A stretch of DNA of 64,000 nt from an uncultured Clostridia bacterium (GTDB lineage Bacteria; Bacillota; Clostridia; Christensenellales; UBA1750): assembly GCA_944383925.1 (NCBI GenBank), contig CALWRM010000138.1:623-64622 (forward strand), in the 5' to 3' direction. The notes under the pieces were generated by a model. It was not told the origin of the DNA and made no database searches. It was given only the letters and a program-made list of their open reading frames with translations. Within the stretch, counting starts at the first letter, position 1. Each line of letters starts with the position of its first letter. Of this stretch, positions 35,858-45,566 are shown piece after piece. The translations under genes were made by a program, and so were the position numbers.

Positions 35858-37759
35858 TTAGCCGTTTTTCCTGTGGCTGGGGCGGGGATGGAAGCCCCGG
35901 TAGGGAGAAAAACGGTAATACACGCAGGACAGGGGAGGAATGCCGAGGCATAGGCTGTAGCGGTGCTTGTCCCAGGGAATGGACTCCGTGCGGGCGGGAG
36001 CGGTCAGGCCCTGCTTGCCGGAGCCGCCGTAGCGCTCCTCGTCGGAGTTAAACAGCTGGGTGAACACGCCCGCCTTGGGCATGCCGATGCGATAGCCCTC
36101 GTAGGTTTCGGGCGTGAAATTGCATACGCACAGGAGCTGGTTGCCCTGCTTATCCTTGCGCAGGAAGGAGAAGATGGAGTGGTCCCCGTCGTCGGCGTTG
36201 CACCAGGTAAAGCCCTCCCAGGAGTTGTCCACCTCGAAGAGGGGGGGATTCTCCCGGTAGAAGTGGTTGAGCGCCGTGGTGTATTCCAACATTTGAGGAT
36301 GCTTGTCGTAGAGCAGCAGGAACCAATCCAGCTGTTCCAGCTCCTTCCACTCGATGAACTGGCCAAACTCCGCGCCCATGAACAGGAGCTTTTTGCCCGG
36401 ATGGGCGTACATGTAGCCGAGCACCGCGCGCAGGGAGGCAAACTTCTTCCAAATATCGCCGGGCATCTTGTCCAGCAGGGAGTGCTTGCCGTGCACCACC
36501 TCGTCATGGGAAAAGGGGAGAATGTAGTTTTCGCTAAAGGCGTACATCAGGGAGAAGGTCATCTGGTTGTGGTGGTATTTGCGATAGATGGGGTCCAGGG
36601 CCATGTAGTCCAGGGTGTCGTGCATCCAGCCCATGTTCCACTTAAAGCCAAAGCCCAGGCCGCCCAGGTAGACCGGATGGGTCACGCCGGGGTAGGCGGT
36701 GGCTTCCTCGGCCGCCATGATGACGCCAGGGATTTCCCGGTAAACCACCTCGTTCAGCTTGTGGAAGAAGGCGATGGACTCCAGGTTTCGGTTGTCGCCG
36801 TAGACGTTGGGATGCCAAGCGCCGGGCTCGCGGCCGTAATCCAGGTAGAGCATATAGGAAACCGCATCCACCCGCAGGCCGTCGGCGTGGAACTCCTTGA
36901 GCCAGTACATGGCGCTGGAGAGCAGGAAGGAGGAAACCTCCGGCCTGCCCGCATCGAACATGCAGGTGCCCCAGGAAGGGTTTTCGCCCCGGGTGGGGTC
37001 GGCGCTTTCGTAAAGGGGGGTGCCATCAAAGCGGCGCAGGCCGTGCTCGTCCTTGGGGAAGTGGGCGGGGACCCAGTCCAGGATGACGCCGATGCCCGCC
37101 TGATGGAAGCGGTCGATCAGGGCCTTGAGGCCGTCCGGTGTGCCAAAGCGGGAGTTGGCGGCAAAAAAGCCCGTGACCTGGTAGCCCCAGGAAAGGTCCA
37201 GGGGATGCTCCATCACCGGCATGAACTGCACATGGGTGAAGCCCAGCTTTTGCACATAGGGCACCATCTCGTCCGCCATGCGCTCGTAGGTATATAGGCG
37301 GCCCTCCTCGTCCAGCTTCCAGGAGCCAAGGTGCATCTCGTAGATACTCATGGCGCTGGTGTAGGGGTTGAACTTGGCGCGCTTGCGCATCCAGGCGGCG
37401 TCCTTCCAGCGATAGCCCCTCGTATCATAGGTCTTGGAGGCGGTCTGGGGACGGGTCTCGGCATGGAACGCGTAGGGGTCTGCCTTGAGCACGCGGCCGT
37501 CGTTGCCGAAGATGGCGTATTTATAGGAGGAGAAGGCGGGGAGCTCCCGCACGACGGTTTCCCAAATGCCGCCGGCGGTCTTCTTCATGGGATTGGCCTG
37601 GTCGTTCCAGCCGTTGAAATCGCCCACCAGGCTGACCTGGTTGGCGTTGGGCGCCCATACGCGGAAACGATACCCCTTGCCGTAGGGATGGCTTCCCAAT
37701 TCCTTATAGGCGTCAAAGCAGGTGCCGCTGGAAAAGGCGGCAAGACGTTGTTCGTTCAT
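35858..37759 (-). CDS. glgB: 1,4-alpha-glucan branching enzyme
   Basis: GH13 blocks DWVPAHF, GLRVDAV and EESTA-like AAEEATA. The ATG at 37759 follows AAGGAGG. Confidence 0.95.
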   Translation of the reverse strand: MNEQRLAAFSSGTCFDAYKELGSHPYGKGYRFRVWAPNANQVSLVGDFNGWNDQANPMKKTAGGIWETVVRELPAFSSYKYAIFGNDGRVLKADPYAFHAETRPQTASKTYDTRGYRWKDAAWMRKRAKFNPYTSAMSIYEMHLGSWKLDEEGRLYTYERMADEMVPYVQKLGFTHVQFMPVMEHPLDLSWGYQVTGFFAANSRFGTPDGLKALIDRFHQAGIGVILDWVPAHFPKDEHGLRRFDGTPLYESADPTRGENPSWGTCMFDAGRPEVSSFLLSSAMYWLKEFHADGLRVDAVSYMLYLDYGREPGAWHPNVYGDNRNLESIAFFHKLNEVVYREIPGVIMAAEEATAYPGVTHPVYLGGLGFGFKWNMGWMHDTLDYMALDPIYRKYHHNQMTFSLMYAFSENYILPFSHDEVVHGKHSLLDKMPGDIWKKFASLRAVLGYMYAHPGKKLLFMGAEFGQFIEWKELEQLDWFLLLYDKHPQMLEYTTALNHFYRENPPLFEVDNSWEGFTWCNADDGDHSIFSFLRKDKQGNQLLCVCNFTPETYEGYRIGMPKAGVFTQLFNSDEERYGGSGKQGLTAPARTESIPWDKHRYSLCLGIPPLSCVYYRFSPYRGFHPRPSHRKNG

Positions 37760-37823
37760 GGGCAGGCCCTCCTTCTCTTGCGCGCAGATCTGCGTGCAGA
37801 CTTGTAAACTGTATGTTAATGTA

Positions 37824-37853
37824 ATCATAGCATAGCAAGCGGTCCATTGTCAA
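37824..37853 (-). promoter_or_regulatory. Sigma-A promoter of the glg operon
   Basis: On the minus strand: TTGACA, 18 nt, TATGAT, in an AT-rich spacer. Confidence 0.55.
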
Positions 37854-38027
37854 TGAATGGAAGACAAGTAACATAAGTTCATGCGGATTTCCGCCAAATT
37901 CCACGCCTTTTTCCCGCATAGCATGGGATTTAACTTGTTGATGGGGCTTAGGATTGGTAAAATAAAAGAAACATAGAGGCCGCCGGCCGGTTTGCGCGGC
38001 GGCAAGCAGAGGGAAAGGAAGAGAGAT

Positions 38028-39038
38028 ATGGAAAAGATCCGTCTTGGCAGAACCAATTTAATGGTCACCCGTTCCGGCTTCGGCGCCCTGCCCATTCAAC
38101 GCCTCTCCAAGGAGGAGGCGGCCGCCTTGCTGTACAAGGCCTACGAAAACGGCATCAACTTCTTCGACACCGCCAACGGCTACACGGATTCGGAGGAAAA
38201 GATCGGTCTGGCCCTGAGCGGCGTGCGCGACAAGGTCTACATCGCCACCAAGACGGGCTCCTCCACGCCCGATTTGTTCTGGAAGCATCTGGAGCTGTCC
38301 CTCACCCGCATGAAGACGGACTACGTGGACATCTACCAATTCCATAACCCCGCCCAGGTGCCCAACGACGAGATGGCCGCCTGCATGCTCAAGGCCAAGG
38401 AGCAGGGCATGATCCGCCACATCGGCGTCACGGCCCACCGGCTGGACGTGGCCCTGGCCGAGGCGGAGACCGGCCTGTACGAGACCATTCAATACCCCCT
38501 GTCCGCCCTTTCCACGGAAAAGGAGCTGGACTTCGTGCGCCTGTGCAAGCAAAAGGACATCGGCGTCATCGCCATGAAGGCCCTGGCCGGCGGCCTGCTG
38601 ACCTCGGCCGCGCCCTCCATGGCCTACCTGCGCCCCTTCGATAACCTGGTGCCCATCTGGGGCATGCAGCGCGACAGCGAGCTGGAAGAGGTCCTATCCT
38701 TGGAAAAGAACCCCCCCGTGCTGGACGAGGCCATGATGGCCCGCATCGCCAAGGACCGCGAGGAGCTGGCCGGCGACTTCTGCCGCGGTTGCGGCTATTG
38801 CAAGCCCTGCCCCGCCGGCATCCAGATCGATATGTGCGCCCGCATGCCGCAGCTGCTGCGCCGCGCGCCCATCGCCCAATACGTGTCCGACGAGTTTGCC
38901 CTGGAAATGAAGAAGATCGAAAACTGCCTGCATTGCGGCGCCTGCATGAAGCGCTGTCCCTATCAGCTCAACACCCCGGCGCTGCTGGAAGCCGCCCTGA
39001 AGGACTACGAGCTGTTCCGCGCCGGCAAGGTGCGCTAA
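38028..39038 (+). CDS. Aldo/keto reductase with a C-terminal 4Fe-4S cluster domain
   Basis: An AKR N-terminus (GFGALPIQR..INFFDTANGY) plus CRGCGYCKPCP and CLHCGACMKRCP motifs. Confidence 0.88.
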   Translation: MEKIRLGRTNLMVTRSGFGALPIQRLSKEEAAALLYKAYENGINFFDTANGYTDSEEKIGLALSGVRDKVYIATKTGSSTPDLFWKHLELSLTRMKTDYVDIYQFHNPAQVPNDEMAACMLKAKEQGMIRHIGVTAHRLDVALAEAETGLYETIQYPLSALSTEKELDFVRLCKQKDIGVIAMKALAGGLLTSAAPSMAYLRPFDNLVPIWGMQRDSELEEVLSLEKNPPVLDEAMMARIAKDREELAGDFCRGCGYCKPCPAGIQIDMCARMPQLLRRAPIAQYVSDEFALEMKKIENCLHCGACMKRCPYQLNTPALLEAALKDYELFRAGKVR

Positions 39039-39087
39039 CACAGATCCCGGATCGGGCCGTAAACAAGGAGGAGCCATAAGGAAAGCT

Positions 39088-39759
39088 ATGGAAGCATCGA
39101 GTTCCGCCCTGCTGGCGGCAAAGCTCTTGGCCTGCCTGACGGGCGCCATGGTGCTCGGCGGCATCGTTTGGATCGTCCTATTCTACCGGCGCATCAAGAG
39201 GGCCGCCCCTCCTTCGCCGCCGGCCGAAGGCGGCCGGAGCGCCCCGGCCGCCAAGCCCCTCGCGCAGGCGGGCAGCGCGCCGCTCCTGGCGCAGGTGGCC
39301 GCGCGGGAGGCCAGGCGCAGCTTCCACGGCGCCGTCTGCGGCCTGGCCTCCAACCTGCAGCCCCTGGTTTCCCGCTTTGAGGGCGGGGATTTGCAGTCGG
39401 CGGAGGGGTGTTGGTCCGCGGCCTTTGCCTACCATTGCCTGCGCCTGGCCGGCGTCGGCCTGCCGGCTCGACTGCCGGAGCTTGGCGAAGGCTCCTTTGC
39501 GGACGCAGGGTTTTGGGAGCGCTGGGGCGCAAACCAGGGACGCTACCTGGCCCGGTTGGAGCCGGGCTTCGACCTGCGCCAGGGCGACCTGGTGCTCTAC
39601 GAGGGCCCGATGCAGGGGCGCATGGGCGTCGTGTTGGAGACGCAGGAGGCGGACAACACGATGGCCGTGGCCGAGGGCGATGTCAACGACGTGTCGGCCG
39701 TGGTGTGCCGCCCCGTGGACGCCAGGGTCCGGGGACGCATTCGGGTCTATGAAGGATAG
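39088..39759 (+). CDS. Membrane-anchored protein with a C-terminal CHAP/NlpC-like domain (tentative)
   Basis: An N-terminal TM helix and a Pro/Ala-rich linker are followed by GCWSAAFAYHC, GDLVLYEG..GRMGVV and AVAEGDVND blocks. These resemble the CHAP Cys, His and EGN motifs. Confidence 0.5.
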   Translation: MEASSSALLAAKLLACLTGAMVLGGIVWIVLFYRRIKRAAPPSPPAEGGRSAPAAKPLAQAGSAPLLAQVAAREARRSFHGAVCGLASNLQPLVSRFEGGDLQSAEGCWSAAFAYHCLRLAGVGLPARLPELGEGSFADAGFWERWGANQGRYLARLEPGFDLRQGDLVLYEGPMQGRMGVVLETQEADNTMAVAEGDVNDVSAVVCRPVDARVRGRIRVYEG

Positions 39760-39949
39760 GCCTTTTCGGAAGGAACGAGCAAAGGACCGGAAACGCTGCG
39801 CAACGCGGCAAGCGGCTTTCCGGCCCTTTTTTGTTGCAGTACGTTCAGAAAAAAACGCCGATAGGAGGAATGGGCGGGGGATAAATAGAATGTATTGGAT
39901 AAATGCAGCAAAAATAAGACGCCGCCGCGGCGCCAGAAGGGGGGATACC

Positions 39950-40963
39950 ATGACCGTACGGGAAAGCTGGGAGGCCCTGGAATGGCAGTGGCTGGCGCCC
40001 TATGCCACCCACGCCACCGACACCAAGGGACGGCAACGGCCCATTCGGCCCTGCCAATTGCGCACCGAGTTTCAGCGGGACCGGGACCGCATCGTCCACT
40101 GCAAATCCTTCCGCCGGCTCAAGCACAAGACCCAATGCTTCATCGCGCCGGAGGGGGATCATTTTCGCACGAGGCTGACCCATACCCTGGAGGTATCCCA
40201 GATCGCCAGGACCATCGCCAGGGCCTTGCGGCTCAACGAGGACCTTTGCGAGGCCATCGCCATGGGGCACGACCTGGGCCATACGCCCTTTGGACACATG
40301 GGCGAGCGAATTCTCAACGAACTCAATCCCAGGGGCTTCTCCCACGAGCGCCAATCCGTGCGCGTGGTGGAGCGCTTGGAAAACGACGGCCAGGGCCTCA
40401 ATCTCTGCTTCGAGGTGCGGGACGGCATCCTCAACCACAAGAAGGACGGCCATCCGGCCACCCTGGAGGGGCGGGTGGTGTCCCTGGCGGACCGCATCGC
40501 CTACATCAACCACGACATCGACGACGCCCTGCGCGCGGGGGCGCTTTCCCAGCAGGAGCTTCCCGGGGAGCTGTTGGAGGTCCTGGGCCATAGCCACGGC
40601 GAGCGCATCGACACCATGATTCGCGACGTGGTGGAAACCTGCCAGGGCAAGGCGGAGGTGCGCATGTCTCCCAGGGTCGGCCAGGCCACGGACCAGTTGC
40701 GCAGCTTCATGTTCGAACGGGTGTACGCCAGGGAGAGCGTGGACAGGGAGGAGAAAAAGGCGGCCCGAATGCTCCGCTGCCTCTACGAATACTATCTAGA
40801 GCACACCGCGCTGCTCCCCTTGGAGTTTCAACCGGATCACATGCGGGAGGACGCGCACGCGGCGGTGACGGATTACATCGCCTGCATGACGGACCGCTTT
40901 GCCGTGGGCGCCTTTGCGCAGCTGTTCATTCCCAAGGCGGAGAGCGTCCATCTGGACCGCTAA
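39950..40963 (+). CDS. dgt: dGTPase-like HD-domain triphosphohydrolase
   Basis: FQRDRDRIVHCKSFRRL, RLTHTLEVSQIAR and HDLGHTPFGH. The ATG is at 39950. The long upstream extension in the track overlaps the previous gene in another frame and was rejected. Confidence 0.9.
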   Translation: MTVRESWEALEWQWLAPYATHATDTKGRQRPIRPCQLRTEFQRDRDRIVHCKSFRRLKHKTQCFIAPEGDHFRTRLTHTLEVSQIARTIARALRLNEDLCEAIAMGHDLGHTPFGHMGERILNELNPRGFSHERQSVRVVERLENDGQGLNLCFEVRDGILNHKKDGHPATLEGRVVSLADRIAYINHDIDDALRAGALSQQELPGELLEVLGHSHGERIDTMIRDVVETCQGKAEVRMSPRVGQATDQLRSFMFERVYARESVDREEKKAARMLRCLYEYYLEHTALLPLEFQPDHMREDAHAAVTDYIACMTDRFAVGAFAQLFIPKAESVHLDR

Positions 40964-41194
40964 AGCGGCCCAAAAAGGCGCGCCTGCGCCGGCGTTGGAC
41001 CGAGAATCCGGCCTTGCCCCCGTGCCCTTCGCGGGACCGGGCGGCGTCGGGACGTTCCCAATTTGTTCGGGGAACAAACAAAAAAGAAACGCGCTTGAAG
41101 GAGGAATCCCTCGGACTTTGACGAATATACTCTTGCGGCGTTTGCAGGGCGGCAGGTTTTCTTGCACGCCGGGGGACTAGAAGGAGCGTGAGAC

Positions 41195-42949
41195 ATGGCC
41201 GGATTCTTTTCGGATCGCTTCATCGAAGAGGTGCGGGAGAAAAACGATATCGTCGAGCTGATCTCCACCTACGTTCCCCTGCAAAAAAAGGGCGGAAAGC
41301 TCTGGGGGCTTTGTCCCTTCCATGGCGAAAAAACCCCCTCCTTTTCCGTAGATGGCGAAAAACAGTTCTACTACTGCTTTGGCTGCCACGCGGGCGGGGA
41401 CGTGATTCGCTTCGTGCGCGAGATGGAGCACCTGGAATTCGGCGAGGCCGTCCGCCTGCTGGCGGAAAGGGCGCGCCTGCCCGTGCCGGAGACGGCGCAG
41501 GGCGGCGAGCGCCGCTCCAGGGAGGACAAGGAAAGGCTGTACCAAGCCCTGACCCAGGCGGCCCGCCTCTTCAACGCCAACCTGTACAAGCCCGAGGGGG
41601 AGAAGGCCCTGGCCTATCTGCACGGCAGGGGATTGAGCGACCGGACCATCCGGCGCTTCGGCCTTGGCTGTACGGCCCCTGGCGGGGAGAGCCTCACCAG
41701 GCAGCTGCGCGAGCAGGGCTTCAGCTCGGCCGAGCTGGTGGAGGCCAATCTCTCCATGGAGCGGGACGGGCGGGCCTTCGACGTGTTCCGCAACCGCGTC
41801 ATGTTCCCCATCTTCGACCCCAGGGGCCGCGTGATCGCCTTTGGCGGCCGCGTGATGGGCGACGGCCAACCCAAGTACCTCAACTCCACGGACACGCCCG
41901 TCTTTAACAAGCGGCGCAACGTATACGGGCTTAACTTTCTCAAGAAAAAGAGCTTCCCCTACCTGCGCTTGGTGGAAGGCTACATGGATGTGGTCTCCCT
42001 TTACCAGCACGGGGTGGACGGCTGCGTGGCCACCCTCGGCACCGCCCTGACCCAGGAGCAGGCCAGGCTGTTGAAGCGGTACAACGAGAACATCGTGGTC
42101 TGCTACGACGGCGACGAGGCCGGCCAGCGGGCCATCCAGCGGGCCATCGGCATCTTTCAGGAGGCCGGCGTGGACGTCAAGGTCTGCGTGGTGCCCGGCG
42201 GCCAGGACCCGGACGAGTTCGTCCGCGACAAGGGCGGACAAGCCCTGATCGACCTGCCCTGCGTGGAGAGCACCGCCTTCCGCCTGGATGTGGCCAAGCA
42301 AAAGAGGGACCTATCCAGCGAGGAGGAGCGGGCCGCCTACGCGGAGGAGGCGTCCGCCATACTTCGAGGCCTTTCCCCTGTGCAGACCGAGCGCTACCTC
42401 AAGCGGTTGAGCCTAGAAACGGGCTTTGAAAGGGAGACGCTGCTCAGGCAGGTGGGCGCAAGCCCCGCCGCGCCAAAGCCCATAAAAAGGGATATTTCTC
42501 CACCGCAGGGGAAGAATAAGCCGGAAATGGTGCACGAGGCCGCGCAGAGGCGCATCGTGCTCTACCTATACTCGGGCGGCAGGCTGCCCGAGGGCAGCTT
42601 GACGGCGGAGGAGTTCACCGACGCCACCTATCGGCGCATGTACGAGACCCTTCTTTCCGGAGGAAGGAGCGCCCTGGTGGGCCTGATGGGCATGGAGGAG
42701 GACGAGCAGCTCCGCGCCAAGATGGCCCAGGTGCTCTCGGAGGACGAGAGCCTGGTCAAGGAAGACCCCGGAAAGCAAATCGCAGATTGCGTTGGACATA
42801 TTAAGCTCTATTGGATCGACCAAAGAATCTCTCAGCTCATGGCGGCGCTGCCCACCCTGCCGCCAGAGGAACAAAAGACGGTGGGCGCACGTTTGAACGC
42901 TTTGATGACGCAACGGGGCCGGTATAAGCAGGCCGGCCGAAAGGAGTGA
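41195..42949 (+). CDS. dnaG: DNA primase
   Basis: [23 protein letters not shown] zinc finger and a TOPRIM domain (EGYMDV, DGDEAG). Confidence 0.96.
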   Translation: MAGFFSDRFIEEVREKNDIVELISTYVPLQKKGGKLWGLCPFHGEKTPSFSVDGEKQFYYCFGCHAGGDVIRFVREMEHLEFGEAVRLLAERARLPVPETAQGGERRSREDKERLYQALTQAARLFNANLYKPEGEKALAYLHGRGLSDRTIRRFGLGCTAPGGESLTRQLREQGFSSAELVEANLSMERDGRAFDVFRNRVMFPIFDPRGRVIAFGGRVMGDGQPKYLNSTDTPVFNKRRNVYGLNFLKKKSFPYLRLVEGYMDVVSLYQHGVDGCVATLGTALTQEQARLLKRYNENIVVCYDGDEAGQRAIQRAIGIFQEAGVDVKVCVVPGGQDPDEFVRDKGGQALIDLPCVESTAFRLDVAKQKRDLSSEEERAAYAEEASAILRGLSPVQTERYLKRLSLETGFERETLLRQVGASPAAPKPIKRDISPPQGKNKPEMVHEAAQRRIVLYLYSGGRLPEGSLTAEEFTDATYRRMYETLLSGGRSALVGLMGMEEDEQLRAKMAQVLSEDESLVKEDPGKQIADCVGHIKLYWIDQRISQLMAALPTLPPEEQKTVGARLNALMTQRGRYKQAGRKE

Positions 42950-44064
42950 ACCTCTTGTCCAACAAGGATGCGAAACAAGGCCGCATCGAGGAAATCGTGG
43001 AAACCGGCAAGAAGAAGGGAACGTTGACCCAACGGGAGGTCGAGGAAACCCTGACCGAGGTGGAGATTTCCCCGGAGCAGTATGAAAAGCTGTTGGAGTC
43101 TTTGGAACAGTTGGGCATCGACGTGGTTGGCGAGCTGGCCGAACAGGAGGCCGGCGAGCAGGAGATCACCCCGGAGGCCGAGGACCTTTCCATGCCGGAG
43201 GGCATCTCCACGGACGACCCGGTGCGCATGTATCTAAAGGAAATCGGCAAGGTGCCGCTCCTCACGGCGGAGGAAGAGGTGGACATCGCCCGCAAGATGG
43301 GCCTGAGCAACTCCGACGACCCGGCCGAAAGGGAGATTGCCGCCCAGGCCAAGCGCAAGCTGGCCGAGGCCAACCTGCGCCTGGTGGTTTCCATCGCCAA
43401 GCGCTACGTGGGCCGGGGCATGCAGTTCCTGGACCTGATCCAGGAGGGAAACCTGGGCCTGATCAAGGCCGTGGAAAAGTTCGATTACGCCAAGGGATAT
43501 AAGTTCTCCACCTACGCCACCTGGTGGATCCGCCAGGCCATCACCAGGGCCATCGCGGACCAGGCGCGCACCATCCGCATCCCCGTGCACATGGTGGAGA
43601 CCATCAACAAGCTCATCCGCGTCTCCCGCCAGCTCCTACAGGAGTACGGCCGCGAACCCCAGCCGGAGGCGATCGCTTCCTACATGGGCATCTCCGAGGA
43701 GAAGGTGCGCGAGATCATCAAGATCGCCCAGGAGCCCGTCTCCCTGGAGACCCCCATCGGCGAGGAGGAGGACAGCCATTTGGGCGACTTTATCCCCGAC
43801 GACGAGGCGCCGGCCCCGGCGGAGGCGGCCGCCTTCACCCTGCTCAAGGAGCAGCTCATGGACGTGTTGGACACCCTGACCCCGCGGGAGGAAAAGGTGC
43901 TGCGGCTGCGCTTTGGCCTGGACGACGGCAGGGCCCGCACCCTGGAAGAGGTGGGCAAGGAGTTTAACGTCACCCGCGAGCGCATCCGCCAGATCGAGGC
44001 GAAGGCGCTGCGCAAGCTGCGCCACCCCAGCCGCTCGAAAAAGCTCAAGGACTTCCTGGATTAG
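42946..44064 (+). CDS. sigA: Primary RNA polymerase sigma factor
   Basis: [14 protein letters not shown] (region 2.4) and [33 protein letters not shown] (region 4.2). The GTG overlaps the dnaG stop (GTGA); the alternative start is the TTG at 42955. Confidence 0.96.
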   Translation: MNLLSNKDAKQGRIEEIVETGKKKGTLTQREVEETLTEVEISPEQYEKLLESLEQLGIDVVGELAEQEAGEQEITPEAEDLSMPEGISTDDPVRMYLKEIGKVPLLTAEEEVDIARKMGLSNSDDPAEREIAAQAKRKLAEANLRLVVSIAKRYVGRGMQFLDLIQEGNLGLIKAVEKFDYAKGYKFSTYATWWIRQAITRAIADQARTIRIPVHMVETINKLIRVSRQLLQEYGREPQPEAIASYMGISEEKVREIIKIAQEPVSLETPIGEEEDSHLGDFIPDDEAPAPAEAAAFTLLKEQLMDVLDTLTPREEKVLRLRFGLDDGRARTLEEVGKEFNVTRERIRQIEAKALRKLRHPSRSKKLKDFLD

Positions 44065-44077
44065 CCGGCCCAAGCAA

Positions 44078-44123
44078 AGGCGGGAAAGGCCTTCCGAACG
44101 CGAAGACCTCTCCCGCCTTTTTT
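44078..44123 (+). terminator. Intrinsic terminator after sigA
   Basis: aggcgggaaagg..cctctcccgcct followed by TTTTT. Confidence 0.7.
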
Positions 44124-44159
44124 GTAAGGCCGCCATCGATTTGAAGAGGGGAATGCCGC

Positions 44160-44807
44160 TTGTTGGACGCAAGGTTGCTCGCGGCGGCGGGGCTGTTGGG
44201 GCCCTGCGAGCTGTTCGTGGACGTGGGCGCAAACCATGGGTTTCTGGGCGCCTACATGCTCCGGGCCGGGCTGTGCGGCCGGGCGCTGCTGACGGACATT
44301 AGCGCCAGCGCCCTGCAGCGCGCCCGCCGGACCTTGGCCGAGGAAGGGCTGGAGGACCGGGCGGAGCTGCTGGTGCAGGATGGGCTGCAGGGCCTGCGCC
44401 TTGACCCGAAGGACGGCGTGGCCGTCTGCGGCATGGGCGCAAGAACCATCCTGCACATTCTGCAGGGCGGCCTGCCCTGCCGGGCCGTGTTGCAGCCCAA
44501 TGTGGAGCTGGCCCGGCTGCGGGTTCAGCTGGCAAGCGCCTCCATGCGCATCCGGGACGAGCGCATCGCAAGCAGCGGCGGCCGCTTCTATGTGCTGCTC
44601 CTGGCAGAGCCCGGGCGCGAGGAAAGGCCCTACACCCAAAGGGAGGCGCTGCTTGGCAGATTCTGGACCAAGGACCCTCTGGCGGAACCCTATCTGGCCT
44701 GGCGCCGGGCCGTGGCCAAGGCCGCGCTGGAGGGCGCGCTGCAAGGAAAGGACGAGGAAAAGCTGCGCAGGGCGCGGCTGGAATGGGAGGCGTTGACAGA
44801 GCTATGA
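44160..44807 (+). CDS. trmK: tRNA (adenine22-N1)-methyltransferase
   Basis: FVDVGANHGFLGAYML..TDISASAL..DGL. TTG start 7 nt after GAAGAGGGGA. In the conserved position after sigA. Confidence 0.85.
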   Translation: MLDARLLAAAGLLGPCELFVDVGANHGFLGAYMLRAGLCGRALLTDISASALQRARRTLAEEGLEDRAELLVQDGLQGLRLDPKDGVAVCGMGARTILHILQGGLPCRAVLQPNVELARLRVQLASASMRIRDERIASSGGRFYVLLLAEPGREERPYTQREALLGRFWTKDPLAEPYLAWRRAVAKAALEGALQGKDEEKLRRARLEWEALTEL

Positions 44808-45544
44808 CCAGGATCAAGGACGTATACGCCTGGCTGGACGGCGTGGCCCCCTTCGATACGGCGGAGGAATGGGACAATTCCGGCTTGCAGCTGGGCGACC
44901 CGGAGGCGGAGGTGGAGCGGGCGCTCCTCTGCCTGGATGTGGATGCGGGCGCGCTGGAGCGGGCGGAGGCGATGGACGCGCAGCTCGTCATCAGCCACCA
45001 CCCCCTCTTGTTTCATCCCATCAAGACCCTCAGCCAAGGCTTTGAGGCCGAGCTGCTCTGCCGCATGGTGCGCGGCGGCAGGGGCCTGATCGCCGCCCAC
45101 ACCAACCTGGACAAGGCGCGCGGCGGGGTGAACGAATGCCTGCTGCGCAGCCTGGGCGTGGAGCCTTCGGGGCAGGGCGGCTTTGTGCTTACCGGAGAAC
45201 TGGAAGGCGAGCCGAGCGCGGGCGCCTTTTTGGAGCTTGTGCGGGAGCGGTTGAACGAGCAGGCCTGGTTCTTCGGCGATCGGGAGGCCAAGCTGCGGCG
45301 GTTGGCCGTCTGTTCGGGCGGAGGCGGGGACTTTTTTCAGGAGGCGTATCGCCTGGGCGCGCAGGCCTTCCTCACCGGCGAAATGGCCCACCACAACCTG
45401 CTTCGGGCGCGGGCGCTGGGCCTACAGCTGTTTGTGGCCGGCCACGCCCAGACGGAAAACGTGGTTTTGAGCCCTTTGGCTAAAAGGCTTAGCAGGAAAT
45501 TGGGCATTTGCACCGAAATATATCCGTATGTGGCCATTCAATAA
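44804..45544 (+). CDS. Nif3-family dinuclear metal-centre protein (YqfO-like)
   Basis: WDNSGLQLGD, ISHHPLLF and HTNLD motifs. ATGA overlap with trmK. Confidence 0.9.
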   Translation: MTRIKDVYAWLDGVAPFDTAEEWDNSGLQLGDPEAEVERALLCLDVDAGALERAEAMDAQLVISHHPLLFHPIKTLSQGFEAELLCRMVRGGRGLIAAHTNLDKARGGVNECLLRSLGVEPSGQGGFVLTGELEGEPSAGAFLELVRERLNEQAWFFGDREAKLRRLAVCSGGGGDFFQEAYRLGAQAFLTGEMAHHNLLRARALGLQLFVAGHAQTENVVLSPLAKRLSRKLGICTEIYPYVAIQ

Positions 45545-45566
45545 ATAGAAGGGAGACTGACAGAAC

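Noticed and set aside
39377-39949. A long N-terminal extension of the dgt ORF overlapping the upstream CHAP-like gene.
   Set aside because: It is in a different frame from a gene with a coherent TM/linker/domain layout, and the extension is Arg/Ala/Pro-rich. The ATG at 39950 gives the canonical dGTPase N-terminus.
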